NCBI GenBank assembly: GCA_963827685.1
Contig: CAWHBU010000002.1
Coordinates: forward strand, 864,001 to 928,000
DNA length: 64,000 nucleotides
Origin: an uncultured delta proteobacterium
GTDB taxonomy: Bacteria; Desulfobacterota; BSN033; UBA1163
Direction: 5' to 3'
Positions 59,311 through 64,000 of this stretch are shown here, piece after piece. The translations under genes were made by a program, and so were the position numbers. The notes beneath the pieces were generated by a model that had not been told where the DNA came from, ran no database searches, and saw only the letters and a program-made list of their open reading frames with translations. Numbering within the stretch: the first letter of the stretch is position 1; each line of letters starts with the position of its first letter.

Positions 59311-59380
59311 GCAGATAACATAGGCTAAAAGAATTTTATCCAAATGCGTCGCACTTCTTTTGGCCTTGAACGTTATCTGC
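59311..59380 (+). other. attC-like recombination site
   Basis: gcagataac...gttatctgc with internal inverted repeat aggctaaaagaa/ttcttttggcct. Confidence 0.65.
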
Positions 59381-59455
59381 TCAAGTGAAATTTGAAAATT
59401 GGAATTTGTTATTTTGGATTTTTGATACTCTACGCCATAGCCTGAATACTTTGCC

Positions 59456-60599
59456 TTACTTATAACGCTCCAGATATTTTTCCAACCTGTTCATCCCCTC
59501 TTTGATATTCTCCAGAGAATTGGCGTAACTAAATCGAATATATCCTTCCGCATTCGTTCCGAAGTCGATTCCGGGTGCCACGCCAACCTTTGCTTCTTTT
59601 AGAATGTCGAAAGCGAAGCGATAGGAATCGTTGGAAAATCGTTTCGCATTGGCCAGGACATAAAAAGCTCCTGTGGGCTCCACTGTAATTCCAAATCCCA
59701 GCTCTCTCAGCTTTGGAATCAAAAAACGCCGTCGCTGGTCATAGGTTTCTCTCATTTTTTGAATATCGCTTCCGGCCTCGTTCAAGCCGGCCAAGGCACC
59801 CCATTGGGCAAAGGAACTCGCTGAGATAAAAAGATTTTGCTGGATTTTTTGCATGGGTCGTATGAACTCTTTGGGTGCGATGAGATATCCCAGTCTCCAT
59901 CCGGTCATTGCATAGAGTTTTGAAAACCCGTTGATGACAAAAGCACGATCTGTGAACTCAAGAATTGTGTGAACCTCCCCCTCATAGACCAACCCATGAT
60001 AGATTTCATCAGAGATGATAAAAGGAGAGAAATTGGCAATCCTTTTCATCCTTTCTGCAGACATCACATTTCCAGTGGGATTGGAAGGTGAATTGATCAT
60101 GATCCCTTTTACCCTTGAGTCTCAATTTCTCCTCGATCATCTCAGGAAGGTACTGGAAGCCTTCCTCTTCCAACACGTTGACGGATACAGGAGATCCGTC
60201 AACAAACCGAATGATATTGGGATAACACGGATAATAAGGATTGGAGAGGATAACCTCGCCCCCAGCTTCCAAGAGGGCAGCAAAGAGAAGAAGCATGGCC
60301 GGAGAGGTCCCTGAGGCAACAAGAATTTGTTCGGGTGATACCTTCACCCGATATTTTTTCCAGTAATCTTCTGAAATGGCTTCCCTCAACTCGATCAAAC
60401 CCAGGCTGTGGGTATAATGGGTCTTTCCCTCACGGATAGCGCGGTAACAGGCTTCATTGATACATTGTGGCGTGTCGAAATCCGGTTCCCCCACTTCCAA
60501 ATGGATGATATGCTCCCCGCCTCTCTCCAGTTCTTGAGCCTTCTCCAGAACATCCATCACAATGAACGGAGGAATCTCCTGAGCTTTCTTTGAAATCAT
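59456..60599 (-). pseudogene. Class I/II PLP aminotransferase split by a 1-nt frameshift near 60120
   Basis: 5' half LEVGEPDF...YTHSLG; 3' half NSPSNPTG, SDEIY, GFSKLYAMTGWRLG; may be a sequencing error. Confidence 0.8.
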
Positions 60600-60735
60600 G
60601 GCGTCCCTTAGCCTCCCATTAGTTCTTCAACCTATAAAATATGTACGGGAAGTCCGCAAATTCCAAATCCCAAAATACAAATCCCAAATAATTTCCAAAT
60701 ACCAATTCCAAACTACCTAGAAAATAAACCTGTTA

Positions 60736-60824
60736 CCCCCTCTCCCCTGACGGGAGAGGGCGGGGGTGAGGGGGAACATACCAGGCCCACCCCCACCTCA
60801 ATCCTCCCCCATCAAGGGGGAGGA
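60736..60824. repeat. REP-like hairpin pair
   Basis: ccctctccc...gggagaggg...ggtgaggg and tcctccccc...gggggagga. Confidence 0.6.
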
Positions 60825-60887
60825 TAATACATTCACCTTCCCCCGAGTTGATGGACACACCTGAGAATTTGTATCATTGGACAGGAG

Positions 60888-61190
60888 GTGCGTATGGGGG
60901 AAAAGAATCGTCATTTCAGCCGTGAGTTCAAACGAGATGCAGTGCAGTTGGTCACAGAGAAAGGGATGCCGGTAGGCAAGGTGGCCCGAGAGCTTGATAT
61001 CCATCCCAATCTTCTTCATCTATGGAGGAGGAGGTTCTTAGCTAAAGGGGATAAAGCCTTCGTAGGGAAGGGCCGTGTAACGCCAGAGGAAGCGGAAATA
61101 AAGGGGCTCCGGAAGGAATTAGAAAAGGTGAAGGAAGAGAGGGACATTTTAAAAAAAGCCTTGGCCGTATTCTCCAAACGAAACAGATGA
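60888..61190 (+). CDS. IS3 OrfA
   Basis: FSREFKRDAV HTH, ERDILKKA; A7 slippery run 61151-61157. Confidence 0.92.
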   Translation: MRMGEKNRHFSREFKRDAVQLVTEKGMPVGKVARELDIHPNLLHLWRRRFLAKGDKAFVGKGRVTPEEAEIKGLRKELEKVKEERDILKKALAVFSKRNR

Positions 61191-62044
61191 AGTATCGGTT
61201 GATAGAAGAGCACAGAGAGACCTACAAGATAAGGAGTATGAGTGAAGTGTTGAAGGTATCCAGAAGTGGTTATTATGCGTGGAAGACGCGTCAACCGAGC
61301 ACACGTCAGAAAGACGATGAGGAGTTGCTGGGGCACATACGGGAGATCCACACTCAAAGCAGAAGGCTCTATGGGAGTCCGCGGATCGCAGCGGAGCTCA
61401 ATAAGCAGGGTCTTAGATGTGGGAAGAACCGGGTAGCCAGGATCATGAAAGAGCACTCCATATGGGCAGAAGTGAAGAAAAAGAGATTCAGGCGGACTAC
61501 CGATTCACGGCATCATTATGCCTTGGCTGCAAACTTACTGATTGACCAGAGGCAGACAGAGGGGGTATGGGCATCTGATATTACGTTTGTGCCCACTTCT
61601 GAGGGATGGCTCTATGTGGCAGCAGTGATGAATGTGAAAAGCAGAAAGATCATTGGGCTGTCCATGAGCGATAAGCTCTCTCAGGAGCTAGCTTCTGCTG
61701 CGCTCAGGGACGCGGTGGGCAGGCAAAGCCCCTCTGAAGGGTTGATCCACCATTCTGATCGAGGCAGGCAGTATGCAAGCTATGCCTATCAGGAGCTTTT
61801 AAGAGAATACGGCATGACTCCTAGTATGAGCAGAAGTGGCAATTGTTATGATAATGCCTATGTGGAGTCTTTCTTTGGCACGCTCAAGACGGAGTTGGTC
61901 CATGGTGAGCGGTACCGTTCAAGGCTGGAGGCGAGGCTTAGTATTTTTGAGTACGTGGAAGTGTTTTATAATCGTCAGAGGAGTCATTCGGCATTAGGGT
62001 ACAGGAGCCCAGAGCAGTATGAAAAGCTCCTTAATGAAACTTAA
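61187..62044 (+). CDS. IS3 OrfB DDE transposase
   Basis: WASDITF, HHSDRGRQY, DNAYVESFF; the -1 frame is open from the A7 run. Confidence 0.95.
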   Translation: MKYRLIEEHRETYKIRSMSEVLKVSRSGYYAWKTRQPSTRQKDDEELLGHIREIHTQSRRLYGSPRIAAELNKQGLRCGKNRVARIMKEHSIWAEVKKKRFRRTTDSRHHYALAANLLIDQRQTEGVWASDITFVPTSEGWLYVAAVMNVKSRKIIGLSMSDKLSQELASAALRDAVGRQSPSEGLIHHSDRGRQYASYAYQELLREYGMTPSMSRSGNCYDNAYVESFFGTLKTELVHGERYRSRLEARLSIFEYVEVFYNRQRSHSALGYRSPEQYEKLLNET

Positions 62045-62228
62045 CTATATGTCCACTTTTTCAGGGGAAGGTCACATGGTAACTTTCATTGTTCATGGGT
62101 GGCAAAACCGTCATGGAAGATTGCCAAAAAGACCCTATCCTATATGGAAGTTTGGTATTTTGTTCACTGGAGTTTATTTGGGATTTGGCCTGCCTGCGCG
62201 AAGCCGCTTCGGCGAAGGCAGGTGCTCG

Positions 62229-63020
62229 TTATTTGGTGCTTATTTGAATTGGATCCCCTCTTTTTAGCTTCAATGTCTTTTGAGCGTTACCTTCTCTTAC
62301 AGATACTTCGAGAAAACCGCCACTTCCCAAAAGGGCAATCGGCTCACCTTTCTTGCCTTCCAGGTATCCTGTTTTCAAACCCGAGATAACTTTCCTCCCT
62401 GCTCGGATGACAAAAGGGCGACTTTGAATAAACCGAAATAGTTTTCTTTCGTCAATATTGCTGATTAGGTTGCCAAAGGCATCGATATGAAGAATCTCTC
62501 CTAATAATTTCCCTTCTTTGACAACGGGTTTTTGAAACCCGATCTCTTTTAAAGAATTCGTTTCATATCCGAAGGCATTTGGCTTGATACCCAGCGAGAG
62601 ATGTGCAGCCACCGGGGCAAAGATATCTCTGCCATGAAATGTACTGCTGACTTTCGAAAGAAAATATTTCTTTTTGGTGAGGACCACCACCTGTTTTACC
62701 TTTTCCCTCCGCGCCACAAGCGTGAAGAGGCCATTGTCAGGACCTACAAAAAAATAATCTTTGGTCACAAGAAGGATGGGCTTCCTTATTCCCCCTACCC
62801 CGGGGTCCACCACTGAGAGATGAATCGTCCCCTTTGGAAAATAAGAATAGGTACTGGCTAAAATGAAGGCTCCCTCTTCTATATCGTGCGGATTCACCTG
62901 GTGTGCAATATCAATAAGGAGACACTGAGGGTTGATATTCAGAATCACGCCCTTCATCGAAGCCACGTAATGGTCTTTTGTGCCAAAATCGGTGAGCAGA
63001 GTGATGATGGGGTTCCTCAT
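62229..63020 (-). CDS. SAM hydroxide adenosyltransferase / chlorinase-fluorinase family
   Basis: TLLTDFG, VVDPGVG, GPDNG, STFHGRDIFAP, IDAFGN. Confidence 0.92.
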   Translation of the reverse strand: MRNPIITLLTDFGTKDHYVASMKGVILNINPQCLLIDIAHQVNPHDIEEGAFILASTYSYFPKGTIHLSVVDPGVGGIRKPILLVTKDYFFVGPDNGLFTLVARREKVKQVVVLTKKKYFLSKVSSTFHGRDIFAPVAAHLSLGIKPNAFGYETNSLKEIGFQKPVVKEGKLLGEILHIDAFGNLISNIDERKLFRFIQSRPFVIRAGRKVISGLKTGYLEGKKGEPIALLGSGGFLEVSVREGNAQKTLKLKRGDPIQISTK

Positions 63021-63027
63021 CGGGCCT

Positions 63028-64000
63028 CTATGGAGTTTGGAGTTCGGAGTTTGCCTGCCTGCCGGACAGGCAGGGAGTTCGGAGTTGCAAACATTTTTTT
63101 AAATTCTTACAGAAAGGTTTTCGGATAAGTCCTTTCTCTGTGATGATGGCATGAATCAAGGAATGGGGCGTCACGTCGAAGGCGGGGTTAAAGGCTTTAA
63201 CTCCTTTGGGAGCAACGGGGAATCCCCTGAAATGTGTAACTTCCTTGGTTTCTCTTTCCTCGATGGGAATGTCCGATCCCGATCGGATTGTCAGGTCAAG
63301 CGTGGAGGTCGGCGCGGCCACATAAAAAGGGACGTCATGCCATTTTGAGAGAACAGCAAGGCTATAGGTCCCAATCTTGTTTGCTGTATCTCCGTTACGG
63401 GCAATCCTATCGGCTCCTACCAGAACAAGATTGATTTCACCTTTTGTCATCAGCCATCCCGCCATATTATCGGTGATGACGGTCACGGGAATCTTTTCCT
63501 GAAGCAACTCCCAAGCTGTCAGCCTGGCTCCCTGAAGTTGAGGCCTCGTCTCATCTGCAAAAACACGAAACCGTTTCCCTTCAGCCCATGCCGCATAAAT
63601 CACTCCCAAGGCTGTTCCATATCCACCCGTGGCCAAAGCCCCTGCATTGCAGTGGGTGAGCACTCCGCCTCCATTCTTGATAAGCCTCTTCCCATACATT
63701 CCGATCTTGCGGTTGATCTCGATATCCTCTTTGAGAATATTGAGAGCCTCTTTCACTAACCTCTCCCTGGTCGCATCAACTCCATGAGTGTAAACTTGAT
63801 CCACTATCTTTCTCATTCGATCAACAGCCCAAAAAAGGTTGACAGCAGTGGGCCTGGTCTGACTCATCTCATGACAAACCTTTTCAAGGCTTTTAAGGAA
63901 CGAACCAGGTTGATGGGATAGGGTCTTCTTTGCGGCAAGAGCGATTCCCATGGCTGCAGCGACACCGATGGCGGGTGCCCCGCGGATAGCCATGGTTCGA
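63028..64000 (-). CDS. mtnA: Methylthioribose-1-phosphate isomerase, 5'-partial
   Basis: IRGAPAIG, RPTAVNL, THCNAGALAT, ETRPQLQG, NKIGTY, NPAFDVTP. Confidence 0.95.
   Translation of the reverse strand, partial: RTMAIRGAPAIGVAAAMGIALAAKKTLSHQPGSFLKSLEKVCHEMSQTRPTAVNLFWAVDRMRKIVDQVYTHGVDATRERLVKEALNILKEDIEINRKIGMYGKRLIKNGGGVLTHCNAGALATGGYGTALGVIYAAWAEGKRFRVFADETRPQLQGARLTAWELLQEKIPVTVITDNMAGWLMTKGEINLVLVGADRIARNGDTANKIGTYSLAVLSKWHDVPFYVAAPTSTLDLTIRSGSDIPIEERETKEVTHFRGFPVAPKGVKAFNPAFDVTPHSLIHAIITEKGLIRKPFCKNLKKCLQLRTPCLSGRQANSELQTP

Larger units (their letters stand above)
60833..62074 (+). mobile_element. IS3-family insertion sequence
   Basis: IRL tcaccttccccc...ggacac, IRR gtccac...ggggaaggtca; CAT duplication at 60830-60832 and 62075-62077. 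Confidence 0.93.

Overview
Chromosomal segment, probably from an anaerobic Gram-negative deltaproteobacterium/Desulfobacterota-like organism (inferred from lptFG, an Hdr-type Fe-S protein and ccdA). Housekeeping blocks (dgt, CCA enzyme, mscL, galE, purF, malic enzyme, tRNA-fMet, lptFG, ccdA, hpt, nfi, mtnA) surround a ~24 kb phosphate-starvation island (24.7-48.9 kb). The island holds two PhoB-like regulators, PhoR, two Pst systems, two PhoU, ArsC and a porin. It also holds an unexpected module: a GH1 glycosidase, a PHP phosphoesterase, a GT21 lipid glycosyltransferase and a PHP-REC-histidine kinase fusion. Six promoters in the island share an 11-bp-periodic Pho-box-like architecture read directly from the sequence, which ties these genes into one putative regulon. 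This is the best candidate for an undescribed system (P-sparing glycolipid remodelling with its own cytoplasmic sensor). Also present: a decayed accessory patch (11.4-17.7 kb), an internally deleted integron-type integrase with attC-like sites, an IS3 with a 3-bp TSD, and many nested miniature palindromic elements. Some of these elements sit in frame inside genes (nfi, pstS2, mtnA). All family calls come from manual motif recognition; no searches were run.
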